In this document: positions 17,921-28,300 of the stretch, one piece after another | How positions within the stretch are numbered: position 1 is the first letter of the stretch | Layout: each line of letters opens with the position of its first letter | Assembly: GCA_913057225.1 (NCBI GenBank) | Contig: CAJXNT010000003.1 | Location: forward strand, 4,751 to 68,750 | Direction of reading: 5' to 3' | DNA length: 64,000 nt | From: an uncultured Mycoplasmatota bacterium | Lineage (GTDB): Bacteria; Bacillota_I; Bacilli_A; Izemoplasmatales; Izemoplasmataceae | Notes under the pieces: model-generated | What the model saw: only the letters and a program-made list of their open reading frames with translations | What the model was told of the DNA's origin: nothing | Database searches by the model: none | Translations under genes and position numbers: made by a program

Positions 17921-19018
17921 TTAAAAGGGGTTAAACGGAAGGTCAAATGCTTCGGCCACCGCGGGGTAAGTCACCCGACCTTGATGGGTGTTGAGCCCTT
18001 TTTTCAGTTCTGGATATTTCGCCAAAGCCCCTTCGAGCCCGTGTTGGGCGAGCGCTTCGATGTAATGCGTCGTCGCATTGGTGAGGGCATAGGTCGATGT
18101 CCGGGGCGTGGCCCCTGGGATGTTGGGCACTGAATAATGCACCACGTCATGTTTGAGATATACCGGATCATCGTGGGTGGTGATGCGATCGATGGTTTCG
18201 ATGGTGCCGCCTTGATCGATGGAAATATCAATCACCACCGACCCCGGCCGCATGCTTTTCACCCAATCTTCTTTGACTAAAGTGGCCGCTTTGGCTCCCG
18301 GAATGAGCACGGTTGAAATTAAGACATCGGCATTTTGCACGCTTTTTTCAATGTTGAGCGGATTGCTTTTGAGGAGGTGAATCTGCGTCCCAAAGATGTC
18401 TTCTAAACGGCGGAGCTTATGCTCTTTGAGTTCTAATAAGGTGACGTTCGCCCCCAGGCCAAGCGCCATGCGGGCCGCACTGATGCCCGCCACCCCGCCG
18501 CCAATGATGACGACATTGCCTTTGGGCACCCCCGGCACGCCGGAGAGTAAAATCCCCGCGCCTCCGCGATGTTTTTCTAAATACGTGGCCCCGACAATCA
18601 CCGAGCGGCGTCCGGCGACTTCGCTCATCGGCCTTAAGAGCGGGAGCTCCCCGTCGACTTCCACGGTTTCATACCCAATGGCGGTGGTTTTGGCCTTCAA
18701 AAGGGCTTCGGTCAAAGGACGGTCGGCCGCCAGGTGTAAAAACGTAAAGACAATTTGATCGGCGCGTAAGTATTTGTATTCTTCAGCGAGAGGTTCTTTG
18801 ACTTTAACAATCAAGTCTTTTTGCCACACCTCTTCGGCGGTTTTGAGTAAGTGCGCCCCGACGGCCAAATACTCATTATCGGTAATCCCCGACCCTTGGC
18901 CGGCGCCGATTTCAATGAACACATCGTGCCCATTTTTGACGAGATGCGACACGCCATCGGGGGTCATCCCGACGCGGTGCTCGTTGTTTTTTATTTCTTT
19001 TAACACCCCTATTTGCAT
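17921..19018 (-). CDS. ald: Alanine dehydrogenase
   Basis: MQIGVLKEIKNNEHRVGMTPDGV.., NAD fold VVIIGGGVAGISAA; start trimmed to M44 (SD gaggag 6 nt upstream). Confidence 0.9.
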   Translation of the reverse strand: MQIGVLKEIKNNEHRVGMTPDGVSHLVKNGHDVFIEIGAGQGSGITDNEYLAVGAHLLKTAEEVWQKDLIVKVKEPLAEEYKYLRADQIVFTFLHLAADRPLTEALLKAKTTAIGYETVEVDGELPLLRPMSEVAGRRSVIVGATYLEKHRGGAGILLSGVPGVPKGNVVIIGGGVAGISAARMALGLGANVTLLELKEHKLRRLEDIFGTQIHLLKSNPLNIEKSVQNADVLISTVLIPGAKAATLVKEDWVKSMRPGSVVIDISIDQGGTIETIDRITTHDDPVYLKHDVVHYSVPNIPGATPRTSTYALTNATTHYIEALAQHGLEGALAKYPELKKGLNTHQGRVTYPAVAEAFDLPFNPF

Positions 19019-19090
19019 GGGCCACTCCTCGGTGCGTTTGATGCTTTTATTGTACCACCAAAAGAAAGCGTTTTTAAGCCCCATTGACCC

Positions 19091-19120
19091 AAAAAAAAAG
19101 AGACCGAAGTCTCTTTTTTT
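19091..19120 (-). terminator. Intrinsic terminator of pheST
   Basis: AGAGAC-ttcg-GTCTCT with A7/T9 flanks, abutting the pheT stop codon. Confidence 0.8.
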
Positions 19121-21455
19121 ACTCGCGTACCCGGATGCCCAAATCACGCACTAAGGATTGCGTGAGGGTCTCCATCATGGCATCGATGTCGGCGGCTTTA
19201 AAGGTGCCGTTTTCATCGTTGAAGGTGACGCTTAATGCAATTGATTTTTCATGGTCTGAAAGCGGCTCGCCGGTGTAGACATCAAAAATCTCGACCCCTG
19301 TTAGATGGGCAAGCGGTGCGTTTTGGATGTGGGCCACCAGCGTGCTGGCCGGCAGGGCTTGATCGGTGATGAACGCCACATCGCGCGTGACCGATGGCAT
19401 TTTACTCACTGGGTGATAGACCGCAGTTTCTGGCATCAGCGACTGCAAGGTAGTGATCGAAAGTTCGGCCACAAAGGCGTGTTTTAAATCGTACGCGTTT
19501 AAGGTTTGGGGATGCACCGCACCGAGCATGCCAATGCGAATGTCTTTTACGTAGACATCGGCGGTTTGATGCGGATGCATCGCATCATACGTGCTCTTTT
19601 TAAAGGTCAAATGAACCCCAAAGAGATCCCCGATGTGTTCGACGATGCCTTTGAGTGTGTAAAAATCAACGGGCGCTTCATGGAGCCACGCGGTGGGATG
19701 CAAGCGGCCTTTGAGCGCGAGTGAAAGTGTCTCATCTTCGGTGTCTAGGTAGCGAGACCCCAGTTCATAGACGCAAACATCAGGCATTTGTCTGGCTTGA
19801 TGATATTGCAAGATGGAAAGCAAACTGGGAATCAAGGTTTGTCTGAGGGATTGATGATCTTCCGAAAGCGGTCTTAAAACGCGCGTCGGCGCGCGGTCGG
19901 TGAACCCGGTTTCTTTGTCTGGGTGGGTGAGTGAATAACTGATGGCTTCAAACAACCCCAAGCCTTCTAAATGTCTTTTCAGTTGACGGCGTTTTTTCTG
20001 CGCATTGGTTAAATAGCCTTCCGTCACCGTTTTCGGATACGTCAGTGGCAACTCATTATAGCCGTAAAGCCGTCCGATTTCTTCAATTAGGTCTTGCTCG
20101 GTGACGATGTCCAGCCGCCTCACAGGCACCGTGACGCTTAAGTGGTCTTTCACCGCTTTAACTTCCAGATGAAGCCGGGTGAGCAAGGCTTGAGTCTCCG
20201 TGATGGAAAGCGACGTTCCCAAAAGGCCATTCACACGGTCTAAAGCCACGTCAATCACACGCGGTGTATGGACCTGACGCTCGGCTTTGGCCACGCCTTT
20301 TAGCACGATGCCACCGGAAAGTTCAGCCATCATCTGAGCGGCTTTATCAAGAGCCAACAACGCCCGGTCGTGGGCAATCCCACGTTCAAAGCGCATCGAG
20401 GCTTCACTTCTTAGATCGAGCCGTCTGGACGTCTTTCCGATGCGCGTTGCATTAAACAGCGCGCTTTCTAAAAAGACCGTCGTGGTCGTAGGAGTCACTT
20501 CGCTATCTAAGCCGCCCATGACCCCGCCTAAGGCAATCGGATTCTCGCCGTCCGTGATTAAAATATCGCCGCGTTTGAGCGTGCGGGTTTGACCATCCAA
20601 GGTCGTGAACGTTTCATCGGCCTCAGCGGCTTTCACCCGGATGGTTTTAGAAGGAATGGTATCGGCATCAAACGCATGCAGCGGTTGCCCGAGATCCATC
20701 ATGACGTAGTTGGTGACATCGACGATGGTGTTGATGGGTCTTATCCCCGCGGCAATCAACCGGTTTTTAAGCCACTCCGGACTTTCTTTGACCTCGACCC
20801 CTTCAATCACCCGCCCATAATAGGCATCGCACTGATCGGTGTCGATGGCGGTGGTAAAATCATGCGCTTGATCGCTTTCTTGGAGGGTGACTTTTGGGTC
20901 GGTTAAGGGCGTGTCATAAAGGGCACTGACTTCATAAGCCACCCCTAAGACGCTCATTAAATCCATGCGATTGGGCGTCAAATCGAGCTCCACGACGTGG
21001 TCATCAAACCCCAGCGCCGCAAGCGATTGACCGGCGTCATCACGCAGCACGTGAATGCCCGTTTCTTGATGGTATTTTTTATCGAGGCCGATTTCATCGA
21101 GGGAGACAATCATGCCTTCAGAAGCCACCCCATTGATGGTGGCCTGTTCAATCGTCACGCCTCCGGGCAGTTTGGCTCCGAGATCGGCCACGATCACCGA
21201 CTGGCCCGCGGCCACATTGGGGGCGCCACAGACAATCGTCCGGGACTTTCCATTGACCGTCACGGCACATTTTTGATTTTTACTGCCGGGAATGGGTTCG
21301 GTGGTTTCCACGGTCCCAAGCACTAAGCCACTCGCCGGATATAAGGGCCGGACGTCCGCAACTTCTTGCGCATGCAACGACAGTTTTTCGGCCAAATCAT
21401 GGGGATCGATTTCTTGTTTTATATAGTCGTGTAACCATTGCATCGAAACATTCAT
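19119..21455 (-). CDS. pheT: Phenylalanine-tRNA ligase beta subunit
   Basis: MNVSMQWLHDYI.. N-terminus, tRNA-binding, B3/4, B5 and FDX-ACB-like regions; start trimmed to 21455 (SD aaaggag), 14 nt after pheS stop. Confidence 0.92.
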   Translation of the reverse strand: MNVSMQWLHDYIKQEIDPHDLAEKLSLHAQEVADVRPLYPASGLVLGTVETTEPIPGSKNQKCAVTVNGKSRTIVCGAPNVAAGQSVIVADLGAKLPGGVTIEQATINGVASEGMIVSLDEIGLDKKYHQETGIHVLRDDAGQSLAALGFDDHVVELDLTPNRMDLMSVLGVAYEVSALYDTPLTDPKVTLQESDQAHDFTTAIDTDQCDAYYGRVIEGVEVKESPEWLKNRLIAAGIRPINTIVDVTNYVMMDLGQPLHAFDADTIPSKTIRVKAAEADETFTTLDGQTRTLKRGDILITDGENPIALGGVMGGLDSEVTPTTTTVFLESALFNATRIGKTSRRLDLRSEASMRFERGIAHDRALLALDKAAQMMAELSGGIVLKGVAKAERQVHTPRVIDVALDRVNGLLGTSLSITETQALLTRLHLEVKAVKDHLSVTVPVRRLDIVTEQDLIEEIGRLYGYNELPLTYPKTVTEGYLTNAQKKRRQLKRHLEGLGLFEAISYSLTHPDKETGFTDRAPTRVLRPLSEDHQSLRQTLIPSLLSILQYHQARQMPDVCVYELGSRYLDTEDETLSLALKGRLHPTAWLHEAPVDFYTLKGIVEHIGDLFGVHLTFKKSTYDAMHPHQTADVYVKDIRIGMLGAVHPQTLNAYDLKHAFVAELSITTLQSLMPETAVYHPVSKMPSVTRDVAFITDQALPASTLVAHIQNAPLAHLTGVEIFDVYTGEPLSDHEKSIALSVTFNDENGTFKAADIDAMMETLTQSLVRDLGIRVRE

Positions 21456-21468
21456 ACAGAGCGCTCCT

Positions 21469-22497
21469 TTACTGGTTAAACATGCGCATAAACCGCATGT
21501 CATTCGTGTAAAAATGTCGGATGTCTTCAATGCCATATTTGAGCATGGCAATGCGTTCGACGCCAATGCCGAAGGCAAACCCTTGGTATTTGGCGGGGTC
21601 GTATCCACTCATTTTTAAGACATTGTCATGGACCATGCCGGCCCCGAGGATTTCAATGTATCCGGTGTGCTTACAAATGGAACAGCCGGCTCCTTCACAG
21701 TTGTAGCAACTGACATCCACTTCCACCGAGGGTTCGGTGAATGGAAAATACGAAGGACGCAAACGAATCGTCCGGTCTTTGCCGAACATGGTTTGTGCCA
21801 GTTTTAACAAGGTGCCTTTTAAATCGGCCATGGTCGTGGATTCGTCGACCACGAGGCCTTCGATTTGCATGAATTGATGGGAGTGCGTCGCATCGTCATC
21901 GTCGCGGCGATACACTTTCCCTGGGCAAATGATTTTGACCGGTTTTTGCCCGCCATAATCAAGCATCGTCCGCACTTGAACGGGCGAAGTATGGGTTCTC
22001 AGTAGCGTGCTCGGGTCAATGTAAAAACTATCTTGCATATCTCGGGCCGGGTGATCTTTCGGCAGATTCAACTTTTCAAAGTTGTATTCATCCGATTCCA
22101 CTTCCGGGCCTTCTTTGATCTGGTAGCCCAGCCCCACAAACAAATCTTCAATCGATTCAACGATTTTGGAAAGGATGTGTGGACTGCCCACGGGAAACGT
22201 GCGACCGGGCAAGGTCACATCGAGGGTTTCTTGGGCAAGTTTTTCATTCATCCGGGCAGTCTCTATAGCCGCTTTATGGGCATTCAAGGCCGCAGTGAGT
22301 TCGGCTTTGAGGGCATTCACTTTTTGACCATACGCTGGTTTTTCAGCGGCGGGTAAATCTTTCATGGCCTGCATCAATCCCGTGACCTCGCCTTTTTTCC
22401 CGAGGTAATCGGCTTTAAGTTGGGCCAGTTCTTGATCGGTTTTCACGGTTTCAAGCCGGGTTAAAAATGCGGCTTTGAGGGTTTCGAATGCGTTCAT
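21469..22497 (-). CDS. pheS: Phenylalanine-tRNA ligase alpha subunit
   Basis: Class II motifs ..[11 protein letters not shown].., ..[12 protein letters not shown].., ..[14 protein letters not shown].. Confidence 0.95.
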   Translation of the reverse strand: MNAFETLKAAFLTRLETVKTDQELAQLKADYLGKKGEVTGLMQAMKDLPAAEKPAYGQKVNALKAELTAALNAHKAAIETARMNEKLAQETLDVTLPGRTFPVGSPHILSKIVESIEDLFVGLGYQIKEGPEVESDEYNFEKLNLPKDHPARDMQDSFYIDPSTLLRTHTSPVQVRTMLDYGGQKPVKIICPGKVYRRDDDDATHSHQFMQIEGLVVDESTTMADLKGTLLKLAQTMFGKDRTIRLRPSYFPFTEPSVEVDVSCYNCEGAGCSICKHTGYIEILGAGMVHDNVLKMSGYDPAKYQGFAFGIGVERIAMLKYGIEDIRHFYTNDMRFMRMFNQ

Positions 22498-22724
22498 AAC
22501 GCCTCCTTAAAATAAAAAAATCCTTCTTTACAAGAAGGACGAATCGGATCCGCGGTACCACCTTAAATTCTCACCTTATGGGTGAGCGCTTCACTCCCTA
22601 ACGCTGGAGGGGCGGATGGGATTAGCATCTCTCCGGTAGTGAAATAGCCTTGATGTGACGTGACGTGGTTTCACTGTTCACGTCTCCCTCTTGTGTGTCA
22701 CAGACCAACTACCATCGCTGATTT
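22498..22724 (-). promoter_or_regulatory. T-box riboswitch leader (Phe) of pheST
   Basis: T-box motif AAGGTGGTACCGCGG (plus 22550-22564). Terminator TCCTTCTT-gtaa-AGAAGGA plus T7 (22514-22539). Stem I base GGTAGT/ACTACC with UUC followed by A in the 3' internal loop (22640-22643). Confidence 0.85.
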
Positions 22725-22729
22725 CCTTT

Positions 22730-22758
22730 ATTATAGGCAAGATGCAAGGGTTTTTCAA
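22730..22758 (-). promoter_or_regulatory. Sigma-A-type promoter of the pheS leader
   Basis: TTGAAA - 17 nt - TATAAT on minus strand. Confidence 0.75.
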
Positions 22759-22761
22759 GTC

Positions 22762-22795
22762 AAAAAAAGCCCCTCAAACACGGGTTTGAGGGGGC
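22762..22795 (-). terminator. Intrinsic terminator of pepF
   Basis: GCCCCTCAAAC-ccgt-GTTTGAGGGGC followed by T7 on minus strand. Confidence 0.85.
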
Positions 22796-22799
22796 GCGT

Positions 22800-24539
22800 T
22801 TACGCGGTGAGTTCTAAGAATTGATCAATTTCAGCTTCAATGACATTTAAGCTGGCATGCCAGAATGATTCGTCTTGAACATTCAAATCGATCAAAGCCG
22901 CCACATCTTCCACGGACATTTGACCCGTTTTTTGCAGCAGCGTGTTGACATCGTCTACGAAGCGGTCGCCTTGTTTTTGCCATTCGGCGTAAATGCCTTT
23001 GGCAAACAGCAATCCATAGGCATACGGGAAATTGTAAAAGGATAGGCCTGGACTATAGTAATGAGGTTTATTGACCCACATATAGGGATGCCTTACCTTC
23101 GGATCGATCGCATCGCCATAGGCTTTTTCTTGCGCAGCTTCCATCAACGCTTTGAGTCGCCTTACCGGCACGGGACCATTTTCACGCGCTTCAAAGACAT
23201 TTTTTTCAAACGTAAAGCGAGAGAATATATCGACAATGACTTGGGTGGAGCCCATGATGGATTGTTCCAAGAGGAAGATTTTTTCATCGCCTTCGGCGTC
23301 GTCGATCGCGGCGCGTTTGACGATGGTTTCACAGAGCGTCGAGGCGGTTTCCGCGACCGGCATGGTGTAAGAAGCGTTGAGGATGTCTTCTTTAAAGATT
23401 TGTTCACCGTGATAGGCATGGCCCAGTTCATGCGCAAGCGTGATCACATTGGAGAATGACCCTTCAAAGTTCATGAGAATGCGGGACGCTTTGATCGGGT
23501 GTAAGTTGGAGCAAAAGGCGCCGCCGCGCTTGCCTTTTTTCGGCGGGAAATCAATCCAGTGATCGGTGTAAGCTTTGCGGGCGAGACCTGCGAGTTCTTC
23601 GGAAAACGAACGGAATTGTTTTTCGATGTAATCAATGGCACTTTCAGGGGTGAAGGTGGTGGATGATTCACCGAGCGGGGCAAATAAATCGTACCAAGGA
23701 AGCCCCGATGCATGCCCAAGAATCTTGGCTTTGCGTTTTAGATACGCCCGGAATTTAGGCAGGTGAGATTCCATCGCAGCCAATAAAGCATCCAGCGTTT
23801 TTTCTTCCATCCGGGAATATTCCGCCGCTTGCGCCACGGGGGACGCATAACCGCGTTTTTTCGCGAGCGTGTTGACCTGGCCTTTAATCGCATTGAGACT
23901 GGCGGCCACCGGTTCTTCGATTTTTTCATAGGCGGCGATTTCAGCTTCGTAGGCGGCTTTACGCACGGCCGCATCTTTCGAGTAGGCGAGGTTTCTGATT
24001 TCCGATAACCCTTTTTCGCCGCCGTCATAGGGCACCATTAACGTGCTGGTCAGCACGCTATGCAGTCTCGACCAAGCACTGCCGCCGGTGGGAGAAAGTT
24101 CGGCGAGTAATTGTTCTTCGGCCGACGATAAAAGATACTTCGCGCTTTTTTTCGTCTCGGCCAGATAAAACGCATACGGTTTGAGCGCGTCCGATGCGCT
24201 TAACGCCTCCAAATCCGCCCCCGCGACATACGTTTCAAACGCCGTGCGGAAGGGGGATAGTTTGGCACTTAAGGCTTGCAGACGTTGCATTTCTTTGAGG
24301 GCCCGTTCGTTGCTGGTGTCGGTGGCTAAGGTGAGGTTGATGAAGCCTCCGACCCGAATCGATTGCTCTCTAAACGCCCGCGTTAAAGCGAGCCCTTTTT
24401 CGATTTTTACAGCGGGTGCATCTTTGGAATCTTCCCACGCGAGAGCGTCATCCACGAGTTGATTCAGCGTGGCATGGGCGGCCTCATACTCCTTCGCATC
24501 GAAGGATGTGAATAAGGCATCCAGTGACCAATGATTCAT
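22800..24539 (-). CDS. pepF: Oligoendopeptidase F (M3B)
   Basis: Zinc motif LAHELGHAYHG, size 579 aa, SD aggagg. Confidence 0.85.
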   Translation of the reverse strand: MNHWSLDALFTSFDAKEYEAAHATLNQLVDDALAWEDSKDAPAVKIEKGLALTRAFREQSIRVGGFINLTLATDTSNERALKEMQRLQALSAKLSPFRTAFETYVAGADLEALSASDALKPYAFYLAETKKSAKYLLSSAEEQLLAELSPTGGSAWSRLHSVLTSTLMVPYDGGEKGLSEIRNLAYSKDAAVRKAAYEAEIAAYEKIEEPVAASLNAIKGQVNTLAKKRGYASPVAQAAEYSRMEEKTLDALLAAMESHLPKFRAYLKRKAKILGHASGLPWYDLFAPLGESSTTFTPESAIDYIEKQFRSFSEELAGLARKAYTDHWIDFPPKKGKRGGAFCSNLHPIKASRILMNFEGSFSNVITLAHELGHAYHGEQIFKEDILNASYTMPVAETASTLCETIVKRAAIDDAEGDEKIFLLEQSIMGSTQVIVDIFSRFTFEKNVFEARENGPVPVRRLKALMEAAQEKAYGDAIDPKVRHPYMWVNKPHYYSPGLSFYNFPYAYGLLFAKGIYAEWQKQGDRFVDDVNTLLQKTGQMSVEDVAALIDLNVQDESFWHASLNVIEAEIDQFLELTA

Positions 24540-24548
24540 CGGTACCTC

Positions 24549-25295
24549 CTAATTTCTGCGCCGCGAAAGAATCGCGATCAATCTGAGTAATTCGACGTAT
24601 AACCAAACGAGGGTCACCATCATGGAGAGGGCGAACACCCATTCGTATTGACGGTCGGCCCCACTTTCAATTAAATGGGCCACATTGTCAAAATCAATCA
24701 ATAAATAAAGCGCCGCCACCACACTGGAGATGGCGGAAATCAACAGTAAGAAACCTAAACTTAAGCCCCCAAGGGCGCCAAATAAGCTGAGAACGAGTAA
24801 GACAAGGCTGGTAAAAAATAGTCCCAATAGCAACGTAAACATCACCCGGCGGAAGCGACTGGTCACTTTCACGAGACCCGACATATACAAAAAGCCCATC
24901 GCGAAGAAGACGCCCAGGGTCGCCAGCAAGGCCGTGGAAACAATGCCGTCGCCAAAAGAGAGTTCGTAGATGCCAGAAATGGCCCCTAAAAAGATGCCTT
25001 GGGTCATCGCGTAAATAAACGCAAAATACATCGCCAGGTGCGGTTTACTCATCGCTACGAGGACACTGATGATGGCGACGATCGGCGCCCCAATCAGTAA
25101 GGCGATGCCCCCGGTGATGTTGCCGGTGTTGACGAGGTTAAAAAATGAAAAACTGGCAAATCCGACGAGGACGCCGGTGAGGAGTAACAACTTCACAGAA
25201 AACGTGCCGATCGTGGCGGGATAATCGGACGTGCCACTCATGGCACCCGGTTGCATCCGACCCATCATCGGATTGGTGCTTCTAAATAAACGCAT
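24549..25295 (-). CDS. Bax-inhibitor-1/YccA-family membrane protein
   Basis: N-terminal RSTNPMM, seven hydrophobic helices, charged C-terminus; SD aaggaggg. Confidence 0.7.
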   Translation of the reverse strand: MRLFRSTNPMMGRMQPGAMSGTSDYPATIGTFSVKLLLLTGVLVGFASFSFFNLVNTGNITGGIALLIGAPIVAIISVLVAMSKPHLAMYFAFIYAMTQGIFLGAISGIYELSFGDGIVSTALLATLGVFFAMGFLYMSGLVKVTSRFRRVMFTLLLGLFFTSLVLLVLSLFGALGGLSLGFLLLISAISSVVAALYLLIDFDNVAHLIESGADRQYEWVFALSMMVTLVWLYVELLRLIAILSRRRN

Positions 25296-25306
25296 AAAAC
25301 CCTCCT

Positions 25307-28300
25307 TTACATCTCAAACAATGATATTTGGGTATCTTCGGGAAGTCCTTTAAAGACATCCAGCGCGAGTAATTTATCAAACGATGTTTTCGTTAATAAG
25401 GTTCGTTTTTTCAAATCGTCTTGGGACATGAATGGACTTTCTTCTCTGGCTTGCTCAATGGACTCAGCCACTTTAATCCCAAGCCCATCCAGCGCGATAA
25501 ACGGAAGTATGAGTCCCGACTGATCGGCCGCAATGACGAAATCTTGGGCCTTGGATTTTTCCATGTCTATGGGATAAAAATGATAGCCTCTAAGCGTCAT
25601 TTCATGCGCCACTTCTAACACGGTAAGGAGCCGTTTTTCCGTATCGGTCGCACGGTTGCCTTTTTCTTGCAGGCTCTTCATTTTCTCGTGGATGACGCTG
25701 CTGCCGCCTAAGAAACTGATGAGATCAAAATCTTTGGCGCGTTTGGAAAAGTACGCGGCGTAAAAATAAATCGGCTTATAAACTTTAAACCAGGCGATTC
25801 TTAAGGCCATCATGACATACGCCGTGGCGTGGGCTTTGGGGAACATGTATTTAATCTGTCCACACGACCAAATATACCACTCAGGCACCTGATGGTCACG
25901 CATGATGGCTTGGTAGCCTTCCCACGCATCGGGGTTTTTTGCGGCTTTGCCCTTGCGGATAAACTCCGAAAGTTCAAAGGCCACTTCTTTTTTGATGCCC
26001 CAATCAATGAGGTTGACCATGATGTCATCGCGGCACCCAATGACTTCTTTAAAGGGCACTTGTTCATAAGTTTTATGGCGGCCATTCACGAGCAGTTCGG
26101 CATTGTTGAGCCAAACGTCGGTCCCGTGAGAAAGCCCCGATATTTTCACGATGTCGGCGAAGGTCGAAGGCCGGGCCGCTTTCAGCATGCCCCGGACAAA
26201 CTGGGTGCCCATCTCAGGCACCCCAAAACTTGCCACATCGGAGCCTAAGGTTTTGGCGTCTAAGCCGATGGCGTCCGTCCCTGAAAGTAACGCATAGACG
26301 TTCGGGTCATCCAAGGGGATGTCCCGGGCATCGGTGAAGGGAAAATCCAGCGGGTTGGCCTGGACGTGATCCATCAAATATTTAATCATCGTGGGATCGT
26401 CATGCCCTAAGACGTCCAGTTTAAATAAATTGCTTTCAAAGGAATGGTAATCAAAATGGGTGGTACGCCAGGTGCTGGTCGTATCATCCGCCGGGTACTG
26501 AACGGGGGTGACATCGGTGATTTCTTTGTCGGCCGGCACCACGACAATGCCCCCAGGGTGTTGCCCGGTGGAGCGTTTGACGCCCGAGATTTTTTGGGCG
26601 CGCCGGTCGATTTCAGCTTTTCTTAAGGTCAAGTTTTCTTTTTCCAAATAGCCTTTCACATACCCAAACGCCGTGCGGGAAGCGACCGTTGAAATCGTGC
26701 CGGCTCTAAAGGCGCGTTCTTGGCCGAAGATGGTGCGGATGTATTCGTGCACTTCGCTTTGGTAATCGCCCGAGAAATTCAAATCAATATCGGGGACTTT
26801 ATCGCCTTTAAACCCTAAGAATGTCTCAAAGGGAATGTCATGCCCATCGCGAATTAAAGGCGCCTGACAATGCGGGCATTCTAACGGTCTTAAATCAAAG
26901 CCACTGCTCACCTTTTCCAGTTCTTTTTGATAGGGGCTTTCTTCCGGTGCCACCGGGTAGGTTTCTAAATCTTCCGGGGAGCGTTTAAAGCTAAAGAAAT
27001 GGCAGGTGGGACACACATAATGGGGGGCTAAAGGATTGACTTCCGTGATGGCCATCAACGTCGCAATCAGCGACGATCCCACACTCCCTCTGGATCCCAC
27101 TAAATAGCCTTCAGACAAGGATTTTTTCACCAACAGATGGGAAATGTAATAGACCGCGGAGAACTGATTATCGATGATGCTTTTCAGTTCTTTATCAATG
27201 CGGTCTTGAACGTAGGGGTGAGGCGTTTTCCCGTAGGTTTTTTCCGTGGATTCTGAGACAATTTTTTTCAGCGCTTCCACCGCACTGGGAATGCCTTCTT
27301 TCACTAAAAAGTCATCCTTCGGGGCGTAAAGTTCTGGAGTGAACGGCCTCACGTCTTCCACCCCATCGACGACCGCATCCACCGCATCAACGACGATGGT
27401 CTTCGCCATATCGGCGCCTAAAAAGTCAAACGCTTCAAGCATTTCATCGGTCGTTAAGAAATATTGGTTAGGCGGAAATTGATTGCGGGCGAGGGCGTGA
27501 GTGCCGCCGCCGACAATCGGGGTCTTGATGTAGATATCGCGGTATTTAAAATGCGAGGCTTCAATGTGATGCGCATCGGAGGTGGCGATGACGGGGATGT
27601 TTAAATCGCCCGCAATGCGCACCACGCGTTTCATCATGGCGTGGACTTTTGCGAGAACTTCGGGTTCACCCAGGCCCGCCGCGAGTTCACGGTCAAACAG
27701 ATGCAGATAATCTTTCGGCGGTTGCAACTCGATGACGTCATAGCGGGCCATGACGCGTTCAAGGTGGGCTTCGTCTTTATTTAAAGCGACTTCCATAAAG
27801 TCAGAGTGCATGCAGCCACTGCCGATAATCAGGCCTTTGCGGAGCTTGTTTAAATGCGAAAACGGGACCATCGGTCCTTGGTTGAAAAAGGTCGTATGCC
27901 CGTCGCTGATCAGCTGATACAGATGCTTGAGCCCGGCCTGGTTTTTGACCCATACGGTGACGTGAGATTTGCGCGCATGGCGCATGGCGCTTGCGCCCGG
28001 ATAAAGGGTGGCCGCCGCTTTGAGCGCGTCCATGGTTTTAATGCCTTTGCCGTGTAAATCGGCCAGCATGCTCTTAAAGATTTCTGCGGTCGCAAACGTA
28101 TCGGCTTCCGCGCGGTGGTGTTGGGTGAGTTCGACGTTGAAAAACTTCGAGACCGCTTTGAGGTTGAAGCGTTTAAGTTTTTGCCCATACAGTTGCCGGG
28201 CCATTTGCAGGGTATCCACCGCGTCATACGCACGGTCCAATAGCCCGTGCCGGCGCATGTGAGCCGTGAGAAAATCGACATCAAACGGTGCGTTATGGGC